This document shows, in pieces, positions 22,779 to 35,779 of a stretch of DNA of 38,466 nucleotides (position 1 is its first letter; each line of letters opens with the position of its first letter). This DNA is from Macrostomum lignano (Eukaryota). The stretch spans positions 1-38,466 of the forward strand of contig NIVC01004672.1 of assembly GCA_002269645.1 (NCBI GenBank), given 5' to 3'. Position numbers and translations under genes: made by a program. Below the pieces are notes generated by a model. The model saw only the letters and a program-made list of their open reading frames with translations. It was not told the origin of the DNA and ran no database searches.

Positions 22779-24289
22779 GCTGCAAGCTGGGAGGCTTCAG
22801 GTGGTTTGGGCTGGCGGCAGGGCTAAATTTGGCTCGTTTTCTGCAGAAGGCAAGAAATTGAACCCTTTGATTGCGGCTGTGGGCCGCCGGGCGCGGCTTC
22901 ATCTGGGCTGCGGTGTACAGGAGCGCTTCGCTGCTGCTGTCTATGGCCCAGCCCAATATAGCTGGGACAGAAATATCCTAGCGAGGAGTTCTAAAAATAG
23001 ACAGCGTTTATATTGGAACACGGTGCTTCCCACCTGGCAACATGACTATAAAAATTTCCCAAAACGATTTACCCATTAGGCTTTTCACATTACCTATTCC
23101 AGAACCAGAATCGGTTCGGATCTTTCAAGAAAAAACAGTATAACTATTTAACTTTGTTGAATGTTTAACTGCCTTAACAATGTTTCCCTTCGCACAATTT
23201 TTCACTTTCTTCTTGGCTATATTCCAATTCAATAATTACAACTGAAGCCCTATGGTTCTTGCCGGAAGAGTTTTGATGCCGTCGTCAGCATCTGCTTTGG
23301 ATCCAAGCTGCATGCTGATTTCCAGGAGCACATTTTATCGTACAAGGTTGGTTGCATTTGAGCATGGCCATGCTGCACAGCAAATTGCCATCTGCGATAC
23401 TTTCAGCTGTTGTTGTTTACAATAGCTTTCACCCGTGACTTTTTTAATTTTGGTAACTAATTTTTTAAAGATTATTTTGGTTTAACTTTATAACTGATAT
23501 GCCCAAGTTGAACTGGCGCCAGAAACTGCAAGGTTTTTACAAATTGAGAAAAAACAAGTTTATAACTAACAGATTATATATATCTTGAAAGCCAAGACCA
23601 GACTGCAATATGCAACGTCTCTATGTTACATATTAGATTCTCAGACCACCTTTGATAGCTGATAATGATTTGTATTTCACAAACAGAAACAAGTTACAGC
23701 TTGTTTACAATCGCAGCAGCTGCAAAGTTAAACAGCCTATTTTAATAATAAAGACTGAAAGAAGTGAATTAGCTACTGACAGTAGCTAGTGAAAAATACA
23801 AAGTCATTCAACTAAAATAATTGGCGTAAAATCTATTGTGTTCACCCTTCTCAACTAAACCTGCCGGTGCATGTTGCAGATATATATTAACACCGCAAAT
23901 AAGAAACATCAATTAGGATCATTTTTCAGAGCTGAGACATGCGAGGCATATGAGGAGTAAAGTAAGAATAGAATCCGGCAAAGTCTAGAAATACTGCATT
24001 CACACCCCAGTGGACATTTGCCATCGAGTAAACCATTTTGCGGCCAATTTTAATTACTATTTTATTTTACTCTAACTAAAACCACAGATACCAGAATAAC
24101 AAGATCTCGCAACTCGCAGTTAAAAGGTTGTGAAATGTAGAACGTCTACTCATTTTTTAATTGTTTGCCTGCACAGTGTCACTCACTTCCTTCTTCGGGG
24201 TTTGGCGGCCTCGGGACCACACGGGGTTAAGACTGAACAGCGAGTCAACAAGTTTTTAACTCGATGGATGAAATTGAACGCAATTCAGC

Positions 24290-24730
24290 GAAGCTCAGCC
24301 TAGGGGCAGGCCCAATCTAGCTTAGCCAACGAGAGAGCAGTAAGGAGAGAGTTCAAAGTCAGACGGACAAAGCTCAGCCTAGGGGGCAGGCCCAATCTAG
24401 CTCAGCCAATGAGAGAGCAGTAAGGAGAGAGTTCAAAGTCAGACGGACAAAATTCAGCCTAGGGGCAGGCCCAATTTAGCTCAGCCAATGAGAGAGCAGT
24501 AAGGAGTTCAAAGTCAGACGGACGAAACTCAGCCTAGGGGCAGGCCCAATCTAGCTCAGCCAATGAGAGAGCAGTAAGGAGTTCAAAGTCAGACGGACGA
24601 AACTCAGCCTAGGGGCAGGCCCAATCTAGCTCAGCCAATGAGAGAGCAGTAAGGAGTTCAAAGTCAGACGGACGAAACTCAGCCTAGGGCAGGCCCAATC
24701 CAGCTCAGCCAATGAGAGAGCAGTAAGGAA
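24290..24730. repeat. ~75-bp tandem repeat, about 6 copies, two CCAAT motifs per unit
   Basis: AGCCTAGGGG recurs at 24531 and 24606; units contain GCCCAATC and AGCCAATGA. Confidence 0.9.
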
Positions 24731-25155
24731 AAAGGTCAAAGTCAATTGTTTATCGGCCTGACTGGGGACTGGGGCGCCCAAATTTTCTCTTTCGCTCGCC
24801 ATGTACACATACTGGATTTGAGTGTACCTTTTTAATACGGTGAATATGCTAATTTAATGGGTCTGCCGGTCTGCTTTTAGAAAGCCAGAGGCGATTGTTT
24901 CAGCTTTAAAAACTTTATAAAATCCTGAATATTTAATCGATTTTAAATTTTACTATTATTAAGGCAAAATACGCTTGTTTACTACTGAAAAAGTAGATAA
25001 CCGCATTTTGCAAGCGACATCTAGTTATTCAAGTATTATATGACTAAAACAAAACTGAATTATGAATAGAGATAATTCAGTTAGCTTTGAAGTGAAAACG
25101 CATTACTGACTATTGGCAAGCGAGTAGCCGATTGTGTTTTTAGTAAATAAGCATC

Positions 25156-27488
25156 TTAGTAATTGTCATCGCTGCTGGAATCGTATTCTTCATCACTTTC
25201 GCTGTAATCACTTTGTTCTTCGGACAGGTCGAAGATCGAATTGTCGAACTGGGAGCCGTCGAGTGAGTCGGAATCGGAATCGTCCGAATCGGCATCTTCA
25301 GATTCGGTATCGTCAGATTCGGTATCCGTATCGGCATCTTCAGAGCTAGAATCGGCATCGTCAGAATCCGAATCGACATGGCCGACATCGACATCGTCAG
25401 ATTCGGCATCGGCATCGTCAGAGTCGGCATTGGCATCATCAGAGTCGGCATCGGCATCGTCAGAGTCGGCATCGGCAGGGCCGGCATCGTCAGAGTCAGC
25501 ATCGGCAGGGCCGGCATCGGCATAGGCGTAGGCAGGGCCGACATCGGCATCGGCATAGGCAGGGCCGGAATCGGCATCATCAGAGTCGGCATCGGCAGGG
25601 CCGGCATCGTCAGGGCCGGCATCGTCAGAGTCGGCATCGGCAGGGCCGGCATCATTAGAGTCGGCATCGGCATAGGCAGTGCCGGCATCGGCATCGTCAG
25701 AGTCGGCATCGGCATAGGCAGTGCCGGCATCGGCATCGTCAGAGTCGGCATCGGCAGGGCCGGCATCGTCAGAGTCGGCATCGGCATCAACATCATCGAA
25801 GTGAAAGTTGGTATCGGCATCGATATCGTCGGCGTGTGAGTCGGCATTGTCCGCATTGACATCGTCAAGTTGCGAATAATCATTGACGTCACGAGAGTCG
25901 GCATCAGCATATATATCGTCGCTGTGATAGTCGGCATCAGCAAAGGAATCGTCGCCGTGAGAGTCGGCATTGGCATCGTCGAGTTGAGCATCAGCATCGA
26001 GGTCATGAAAGTCGGCATCAACATAGGCATCGTCGCCGTGAGAGTCGGTATTGGCAACATCGAGGTGGGAGTCAGCATCGTGGTAATGAGAGTTGGCATT
26101 AGCATCCACATCGTCGCCGTGTGCGTTGCCATTGAAATTGTCGACGTGAGAGTTTTCAGCGTCTTCAGAGTTGGAATCGGCGCCAGCTTCAACGTCGGAG
26201 TCGGTTTCGAAAGTGTTTGTGTCGATCTGAACAAACGGCAGAGCTTGCGGCTGCAAGTCGACTTGGGCCTCCTGAGCTTCGAATTCACCTTCCTCGAACT
26301 CGAACAAGTCGGCAAAGCCGAACGCTTGGTCGATTTGGCCGCCGTCGCTTCCGCTGTCGCTGTCGTCTTCATCATCGTCGTCATCCTCGTCGTTGCCGAA
26401 ATCGTTGTTGACTTCGTCGTCGCTGATGCCGGTGTCGGTGGCTGCATCGGCGGCCGTGGGGTCGGCGACAGCCGCCGGAAGCTCCGGCAATGGCTCATCG
26501 TTAGTGACAATGTCGGAGGCGACGCCGAGGCGCAGGTGGATGGAGCCAAACGGCCGTCTGTCATACGGGCACAGCCGGCTCTGGCCGGTCCATGCGCGCA
26601 GACAGGGCGGACAGAACTGATGTCCTGGACAGGTGTCCGGAGTGGCTACAGGGCCGGAGAGTTGTTCCAGGCAGATCGGGCAGGACACCTGAGCGGAGGA
26701 AGAAAAGGGGAATACAAAATAATTTGTCTTCTAACAGTTGCTGCAGACTCTGAAGGAGCAAAAATAAGGCAAAAGGAGTGCCGATACGAGCAATGTAGCG
26801 AAACTGACGCCTAGCATAAGCGCCGATATGTAGCAAAACTGACGCCTAGCATAAGCGCCGATATGTAGCAAAACTGACGCCTAGCATAAGCGCCGATATG
26901 TAGCGAAACTGACGCTTAGCATAAGCGCCGATATGTAGCAAAACTGACGCTTAGCATAAGCGCCGATATGTAGCAAAACTGACGCCTAGCATAAGCGCCG
27001 ATATGTAGCGAAACTGACGCCTAGCATAAGCGCCGATATGTAGCGAAACTGACGCTAAGTAAAAGCGCCGATATGTAGCGAAACTTGGCGCTAAATCCAA
27101 TAAAGACAGCCTAAATAAGTGGCACGAAACAGCGCTATCTGCTCAGCCCCTCTCACCTGCAGCCTAGCAGACTCAACAATCTCCTCATTGCCCGGGCGCC
27201 GAATTCTTAATTTGGCCAGACTGGCGCCGCAGCCTAGGCCCGGACAGCGGCCGGCGCGACCGGACGGCGCCGACTCGAGCCAAGTGCCAGACAGGCCAAG
27301 TGGCAGCGGTGCAACTGGCAGGACTCGGCGCTGACAACACCAGAGGAGTCTGCGGCAATGCCGCCAGCCAAGCAGATGGCGCAGGTATCGGCCGGGACAG
27401 CCGGTGGCGACCCGGGTCGCTGTTGGGCATTGGCGGCGCCGAGGCGGGGCAGCTTGCTGGCGGTCGGGCCCAGCGACAACCATGATGC

Positions 27489-27519
<31 letters not shown>

Positions 27520-27764
27520 GTTGATGGCGCGGTGATGTCTGATGGTCCAGGCCGCTTCTTCGGCCGGCACAGCTGGCAGAGCGGGCGGCCACTGGATGAT
27601 GAGAAAGTCGCAGAGGTGGCAGCGGCCGGCTGAAACAGGCTGCCAGTGCAGTGAGGATGAGCGGCCAGTAGGCAGGCTGAGCAGCGCAGGTGAGCAGCTC
27701 CAGCGGCAATGCCAGCCTCGCAGCCAATGCAGGTGAGGGCCTCGCCGATGGCAACAGCAGCCAT
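25156..27764 (-). CDS. PHD-RING-RING protein with a long Asp/Ala/Ser-rich acidic tail. Exons ~27764-27157 (one frameshift near 27285) and 26688-25156.
   Basis: PHD CIGC...CSACLLAAHPHC...CQLC. RING1 CAIC...CQLHRCHLACL/(shift)TWLE...RCPGLGC. Donor CAG|GTGAGA at 27156 and pyrimidine-rich acceptor CTCAG|GTG at 26689 join in phase 0. RING2 CPICLEQ...CPGHQFCPPCLRAW...CPYDR. The true start may lie further upstream. Confidence 0.8.
26793..27090. repeat. Intronic 35-bp minisatellite (CGCCGATATGTAGCAAAACTGACGCCTAGCATAAG), about 8 copies
   Basis: CGCCGATATG recurs at 26821 and 26856; lies inside intron 26689-27156. Confidence 0.95.
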
Positions 27765-30689
27765 GCTGGACTCCAAGAGTGTCAGCAAGGCCTCCAGAGG
27801 GTCCCTTTGGATCTCAGCAGGGTAAATGCTAATTAGGTTGCTGAATCATCTAATAGGTGCATGCAACAGAAACAAGTGTTGCACACAAGGGTAAACTACT
27901 GTCTGAACTGCTATATTTGTCAGACGTTTATAGTTTGTGCTACTTTGACTTATTATTGTCTAGATTCAATAGTCTTGGGCATAGTTGGAAAAGATAGTAT
28001 AAAAATCCTACTTGATTTATCTCCAAAGTAACTTTAAAGTTGTTTTATCAAAAGGTTTTGCTTTAACTAATAGTTGCAGCTAAGACTATGGTTAACAAAG
28101 ATGCTCTTTCAACATATTGTTTTTAATTTGCTATATGCATATAGAAAAAACAGCATTTTGCCTATTAATGTTTGAATAAATAACAAGTGGTACAAAAACA
28201 GAGTAAAATGTAAGGGCAAATAGCCCAATGCCAAGTAAAATGGAATTCCTAGGAAATTAAGGCATATTACCTTAGAAAAATAAGTATGATGCATCAATAA
28301 GTCATAATAGATCATAAATCCACAAAGGAAAATAAGCTAAGAACCTCTTGATCTTTATGATTCTTTAGTAATGCCATTTTGGGAAATGTATTATATTGAC
28401 AATAGCTTATCAACTTGGGGGAGGCAAGCAAATTTTTCCCAAAAAGAACCACCACTTTACCTTCTTCCCCTGGGTTTTTAACCTCAAGAATTTGCCCCCA
28501 TCAACAAATTTCTAGTTGCATTACTAAAGAAAAACTTAACAACTTGACAACAAAACTAGAATAATATAGAATAAAAGAAATAGGCCTACAACAATTAGAT
28601 ATATAACAATATATAGTTGTTGCTATTTATGCCTATTAAATATTTGTCAAAGACTAAAGACTTCTGAATTAACTTACTTTGAGCAAACCTTATCATATAA
28701 TGTTGGAGCTTATAGGCATATTTGCCAGATCTATAATATTAAGCATATAATGCATTGTGGCTTTCAATTTAGACAAAAAGAAATGGCTCATAAAGAAATG
28801 GAAATGGTCCATAGATTTTAATAGATTCTATATTAGGGATATTGTTACATTGTGTTAGATAGGAACATAGTTGCTATAGATAGTATAGGTAGGCCTAGTT
28901 ATCCCCTTTCTTAGAAAAGTTTAATAGAATTAAAGCAGTACTAATACATTATGCTAAAATCTTACAAATGCATATTATTAAGCTTATATTGTTAGGGGTC
29001 CTGCCCCCACCCCCTGTACTGCTACTAGGTGATATATCAAATAAGGTCATTTATTTAATATTTATCTATTTATTTAATAGATTATTGACAAATTGGTAAT
29101 TGAATATTTTAAAATACTAAAACTGACACAATGTTTGTATGTATATGTGCATATGTGTGTTTGATGACATTGATATATAGGCCTATATATATAAAATTAA
29201 AAATAATTTTAAATGATATCTAGAAATTTTTTTATTATTTTCAGATAGGCCGCTATTCATTTTCATATTTCTAATATAGATAACAGTTGGCAACACCTTG
29301 TCTTGTGCACCACCATATTTTGGAAGGCATCCTATACACTAGGATTTCCTAGCATACAATAAGGTCTTACCATTTATTAATATACATTAAATCCCATTAA
29401 TATCCTAGCATATATGAATAGCAGCTAAATTGTGTTAAATGACAATTTTTGTATTGGCACACAACCCTGGCATACAAACAAGGTCTTGTCATTTTTTCTG
29501 GCATTAAACCCAGACCCAGCATACACAATTAATATAAATATGATCCAAACTATGGCCTGTGCTGCCTAGGCCTATTGCCTATGCATGTAATAGGCCTATA
29601 CTTTCCTTTAAATCTGCCAAATGACTGATTAAAAATGAATTTGTTATCTTATCACTATCATTCTCATTTCCATTATAACTTAGGCCTAGGCCTATAATAT
29701 TGATGTTATATAATATTTTGTGGTAGTAATAGACAAGTAAAAAATAACTGTCAATAGGCCTAACCCTTACAATAGGCCTAGGCAGGCTTAGCTTGAAAAG
29801 GAACTAAATAACATGTAGCTTAAGCATAGGCTAGGCTCTAAGGTGGAAGGCCTAAGGGTTTGTTGCATTAGGGGAATGCCAGTTTTAGGTAGTTGATATA
29901 CTGTTAATACATTTGTGCATTTGTGCAATTATTAGGGCCTTTTTAATTTAAATATGGAATTAAAAAATCTATAACTATGTACTATATAGATATTATAATT
30001 CAATTATTAATTTAATTATTAATTTTACTATATTTTATTTAAAATTAGTTATATAAGTTTATGGCCATAAGCTGATGCATGGTTTTAAACTTTAATTAAC
30101 TATTTTGAGAGAGGTTTTGAGTTTACTTTCTCGAATAAAACCCAATTTAATATAAAAAACTGCAAGTATGAGAGGTGTCCTATCAATTTTCAGTCATTTA
30201 CACAAACTATAAACCATTAATTTAAAAACTATTACACAACATAGTGTACAAACTATCCATATTATTATAACTTGATACCCATATGGCGCCGCGCCATCAC
30301 CAAATTTCTACACCCAAATTTAAAAAGCTGGAGCTGGACAGATATAATGTAAAATTTTAATTGTAAGTCCTTGAAAGTACGATGTCCATCAAAACATAAA
30401 AAACTTGAGTATTTATTATATCATTTAGTTTGCTGATAAATTCGCAAAGTGAAAAATAAAATGTGTTATTCTGTGTTACGAAATTTAAATAAAATACAGA
30501 GAGAGAAATTAAATGTATAGTAAGTGATCGTCGGTGGTGAAATCTCGCACCTACCTGCCGCACCTTACTCGCGCGCGCATATATAACGTAAAAATCGAAC
30601 ACAAATGGTTTGTTTTTTTGGCCTAAGGGTAGCTAGCCCCTATCCATGTATATGAATATGATTTGCAGTCGTAGCTAATTAATTTCCTG

Positions 30690-31057
30690 CAGGGTTTTTT
30701 TTGTGCGCAGAGTGTGCGTATGCACTGCACCCTAAATTTTAAAATCGCACCCTGAAATTAAAAAGTAGGTGCAGTTTAGGTGCGGTCTTATAACCATTTT
30801 TTTAAAGGCTTAACCATGCTTAAGCTATTTTTTCATGCACTGCCTTAAAATATGAAACAAAATAACTCTTTAAATCCTATTAAGTCATATAGGCGATATA
30901 GCCTATGGCTATAGCCTTATGTAAGATATTAAAATATACATTCCCAGTTGTCTGAAACAAGACTCAAGAGAAATTGCACTCTGAGCCTTAAAATCGCACC
31001 TTGAAATTTGGTGCAAGGTGCGATTTTGCACATTGTCTCTGGCGAAAAAAAACCCAG
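30690..31057. mobile_element. hAT-type MITE, 368 bp
   Basis: Termini CAGGGTTTTTTTT / AAAAAAAACCCAG; exact 8-bp TSD ATTTCCTG at 30682-30689 and 31058-31065; subterminal AAAATCGCACC motifs in both orientations. Confidence 0.88.
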
Positions 31058-33034
31058 ATTTCCTGTAACTTCCCATACGTCCCATAGGCCTAACATTTAA
31101 ATTTAATGATATTGAATCCAATCCAATGGCAACAGTTCTTCGATCATTCATGTATTAATATTGAAATAAAGAGTGACAGCACTATAGTTTTGCTTACCTT
31201 ACCCACCTAATTTAGGCTGACTATCACTGTTAGACTATTCACTGATTCATTGACATTGTCATTAGGCATTTAGGCCTAAAAGTAGGCACTCCAATCCCCA
31301 ATCAGATTTTGAAAGTTAAAATTTCACTATTTTAACTTTTTTCATTTAATAAATCTCATTTGCCTTAGTAAAAAGACATCTTACTTAAGGCTTAATTTAG
31401 AAGATTAGGCACTGATCATTTATTCTTAGCCTTTACTTAGGAGGCCTAACTTAACCAATTTCTATGTCCAATATAATATTTTTTAGGAAAATATATTAAA
31501 ATATAAATTATAAATATATATAATATAGTTTGTCATTGCTCTAAGCCCTTATGAAGTCTAGATAGGCCTATAGGCCTACTTGTAAAAAAAAATTTTTCTC
31601 AATGAAAAATGCCATACTTAGACTCTTAGTTAGAGACTCTTAGTTAGATGACTACTAAGTTAGAGACATAGTAGCCATAACATGGCAAACTTCTTATAAT
31701 ATAACATTTATAATAGGGCCTAATCTGTAAGTTCAAATACTTACGGATATACCTACATATATACTTGCGGCTGATAATTATAATTTAATATAATAATAAT
31801 TTATTATTTTATTTTAATTAAAAAACTTCAAAAGTTCAAGATAGAAAAAATTCTGCTTGCTAAAAAATTTTAAATGAAAAAAATGCCAACCTCTTAGGAT
31901 TTAATTCAAACCTTCCTACATGCAATCACAAAGCAATTGACATATCCACTAAGCCACCATTTGCTTATAAGAGAGCCCTACAAAACATATATTTTATATC
32001 TAAATATACTAAATCTCTAAGGTTTGTTTATATGCTTGAATGCTTGTCCATAATGCTCTAGAGCGAGCAATTCTTCACCATCCTAATACTAAAACTGATG
32101 CAATGTTTGTGTGTAGGCCCTATGTATGTTTGTTGCAAGTGAACTCCTACAATACTGGCAAGTTAGCATCAAAACTTATATGGGAAAACTGCAAATTTTC
32201 CCAAATCAGCTTTAGGCTATTTTAATTTTTAATTTTTGCATTTTAATATCTCTAAAAAAGCAGAAATCTGATTTCTTAACCTTCTTTGGCCTTTCTATCT
32301 TTCTAGTAGAGGGTTGGCAGTCTGTTTGTAAAAATAGCCACCCCAACCTCCACCCGCTGGTTGCTGTGTATTGAGGGGTTGTGGGTGCGTGTGTTCTGCG
32401 TTCAATGAAAATAAAAACCCCCATGTGTTGGGGTTCAGTTAAATTTAATGCTTCCCGCAGAATGGAGGGTTGGGCTTGGGCTGAGTGTACACAGCAGTTG
32501 TACAGTATAAACAGATAGATAGGACTGTGTTAAGATTCAATTGTTTTTATTATTGGCACCTTTTTTCTCCATAGGCAGCCCTGTGTATTAGCTTGGCAGT
32601 GAAATTCAATGAATTGCGAGCTTCTCTAGCAAGCAGTCGGGAAATTGGTAAATTTCAAACGCTAACTGTTCCTTGAGTTTTAAACTTTGAGAAGAGAGAC
32701 TTATATTGCTAGAAAGATCTTGCAACGCTGAGTTCGCGGATATAAGTTGTTTGCTTTAAATATGAAAACTAAAATCACAGCATTAAAAAAATGATTTCTA
32801 TACTTTTGCAAAGATTGCATTCATTTTGCGATAGGGCAGAGATTAAAGCTGGGGGGGTTAATTTCTACTTGCCACTGTGTATTGGAGGGGTTGGTTGCCA
32901 TGTATTGGAGGGTTGATTTAGGTTGTGCAACTATATTGCTAACTTTAACTGAGACTGATACTGGCTGACTGAGAAATCGATTGCGCAATCTATTGCTTCA
33001 ATTAGTTCATTTTTTATTATTGCCGCCTTTTAAC

Positions 33035-33700
33035 AGGAGGAAAGAGTGAGAGAGGAGAGATTAGACATGAAAGATAGGAGAGAAGAGGGGAGTATAGCAA
33101 GAATAAAGAGGGAGAAAGAAGAGGAGATGAAGGGAGAGGATATGAGAGAGGAGATATGAGATAGCAGAGAGGAGACAAGAGAGAGAAGAAAGGAGGGATA
33201 AGAGTGTACAGAGGCAATAGAAGAGAGGAAAGAGAGGAGAGAGGAGACAGGAGGTGGTAGAAAGGAGTGTAAAAACAGGAGATAAGAAAGGAGAGAGTGA
33301 GAGTGAGAGCATATAGGAAAGATGAAAATGAGAGCAGAGGAGAGATAATAGATAAGTGAGTAGAGAAGAGATATGAGAGAGGAGAGAAGAGGGGAGAGTG
33401 GAGACAGGAGAGAGTAAATTTGAAAGACCTGGGAGAAGAGATAAATAAGATAGTACAGATGAGAGGAGAGAGAGAAGAGATGAGAGATGCAATGAGAAAA
33501 GAAATGAGTGAGAAAATAAGAGAGAGAAAGAGACTTGAGAAGAGAGGGGAGAAGATGAGAGGAGAAAGGAAAAGAGAGAAGAGAGAATGGAGAGGAGAGA
33601 AAAGAGAGGAGACAGAAGACGGTAGTAAGGAGGGCAGAAAGATGGGAGATAAGAAAGGAGAGGATGATATGAGAGATATGAGAAACAAGAGCAGAGACAT
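33035..33700. repeat. GA-rich low-complexity tract
   Basis: Almost purine-only plus strand with no stable period. Confidence 0.85.
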
Positions 33701-34823
33701 GAGAGTCCAAGTCTGGACAATGCCAGTGAATTTTTGCAAATAGGGAAAACAAGATATCTGGTAATTAAAATGCATTGTAGAGGATTTGGAGATGATTTGG
33801 AAGATGGGATTCAAGTCATGGAGTTTCAGCTGATGGGAGTTCTTCCCCTTCAGAATTCTGGTGATGGGAGTTCTTTCCCTTTCTCCTCCAGAGGAGGAGT
33901 TCCACTGGTTGATGATAATAGCCATGCCTATAAGCTCAAATATTATAGACAAGGCTGCTGTGCCTATAAGCTCCAATATATAGACATGGCCGCCATGCCT
34001 ATAAGTACTCCAAATGAAAAAAATACAAATTTTCCCTTATTTCAAATTTATGTTTGCCTTTTATTAATATAATTATGACTATGTTGTACAGTTATTCTAA
34101 TATTCAGTTGCAAGAATATCTATTTTATATATTTAAATTGCTTATTGCTAATTAATTTCATTGTATACATTTAATGTTATAGTCTATAGCAAATAAAGCC
34201 TAATATAACTTTATAATCTAAATATTCTGGAAATTGTTTTGAATGTTGTAGGGGTAATTTAATTATAGTTTGATCTTACTGTTTTATCACCAAAATTGTT
34301 ATAGAGGTTGGGGTTATACCAAATTGTTATAGAGGGGTTCTGGGAATTTTTTGGGTTTCAGGAAGAAATGTTCAAATTCTACTAATAGAAGGAATAAGCC
34401 TGAGGTTGCTCCTGGTGGCATAGTGTCCAAGTGGCAAGACACTCTATTAAAGCTAAATTTAATCCAAAGGAGGGCTGTGTAATGGACTAGAGAGTTGCCT
34501 AGGAAACTAGGCACACTAAGGAGGGAATTTCAACAAGGAAAGTTTGGTATTAGGGGAGGGTAGGGTATTTAAGAAGGGAAATAAGAGGGCAGTATGCCTA
34601 ATCAAGGAAAAATAGGCAAGAAGCCTTAACTGGGTAAGGAGGAAATATGCCTAATATGGGAATTGAGTAGGCAGGGAAGTTTACGCGGCAAGCCTAGTAG
34701 GGTAAGGAGGCAATATGCCTGACAGGAGATAGAGATAAGCAATGCCAGGGTAGATAATGAGTCTGGATAGGGAGTTGGCAGAATGCTAGGTCAGGCTAAA
34801 GGGCTGGGATAGGGAGAGGCTGC

Positions 34824-35519
34824 CAAGGACGACTTAAGTAGAAGGACGGGAAACCTCGTTTCTTAGAAAATTTTTGAAGGCACTCTTTCCCGAAAAAATA
34901 CACTGCGGAGATAGGAAATTTTCATTTTTTCAGCACAAAAATTGCTATAACTTTTGATAGGAGGCAGATCCAGTGTTGATCTTTTGATATGTTGTGCCTT
35001 TTTTTTGCTCTATCGATATTTATAAAGCTTTCCGTTCAGAAAATTAGGATTCTATGTTAATTTTTTATTCTACGTATATTTTCATGTGTCTTGTGCTTGA
35101 AATATATTAGAATGCCACGGCTTGGCTCTTTGATTTTATGAGTCTATTTTATCCTTCTTACCTGACTGTATAGCAAATAGTCGTAACATAGATGATAAAA
35201 TAGATTCATAAAACCAAATATTAGAGCTGTGTCATGCATTTTTGTGATTTTTAGATACAGGAAATATATGTAGAATAAAAAATTAACATGGAATCCTAAT
35301 TTTCTGAACGAAAAGCTTTATAAATATCGATAGAGCAATAAAAAAGGCACAACATATCAAAAGATCAACACTGGATCTGCCTCCTATCAAAAGTTATAGC
35401 AATTTTTGTGCTGAAAAAATGAAAATTTCCTATCTCCGCAGTGTATTTTTTCGGGAAAGAGTGCCTTCAAAAATTTTTAAGAAACGAGGTTTCCCGTCCT
35501 TCTACTTAAGTCGTCCTTG
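34824..35519. mobile_element. Fold-back (near-fully palindromic) non-autonomous DNA transposon, 696 bp, hAT- or P-like termini
   Basis: Starts CAAGGACGACTTAAGTAGAAGG, ends CCTTCTACTTAAGTCGTCCTTG. Arms are near-identical over about 260 bp and pair further inward. Exact 8-bp TSD GAGGCTGC at 34816-34823 and 35520-35527. Confidence 0.92.
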
Positions 35520-35779
35520 GAGGCTGCATGCCTGTTCAGCCAGGGAAGGAAGGGACAAGCAAGTCGCCTAGGGAGGGGAAAAGCTATAAGCTCTTGAGAG
35601 AGAGACAAGGGAGAGAGGGAGGAGACTGCATGTCTCTAAAGGAATAAGTTTGACTCAATGGCTATATTTAGAATATGGGCAGCACTGAAGCCTAAAAGCA
35701 GCACAAGCTATAGACTGCAAGTATGAGATGGGAGCTAGCAAAGGTTGCTCTCCTCTGGATATAATTCTTTGTATTTATA

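Noticed and set aside
21567-23079. Plus-strand and alternate-frame ORFs overlapping tubulin
   Set aside because: Shadow ORFs from GC3-rich codon usage.
23230-24240. Possible small minus-strand exons (donor at 24186; short open frames near 23230-23340)
   Set aside because: No recognisable protein or consistent phase chain could be built.
25140-26814. MPTL-repeat and VGIGI-repeat ORFs
   Set aside because: Alternate frames and antisense of the RING/acidic exon.
33017-33976. 319-aa Leu/Ser/Phe-rich apparent membrane protein
   Set aside because: Complement of a GA low-complexity tract; open in all three frames.
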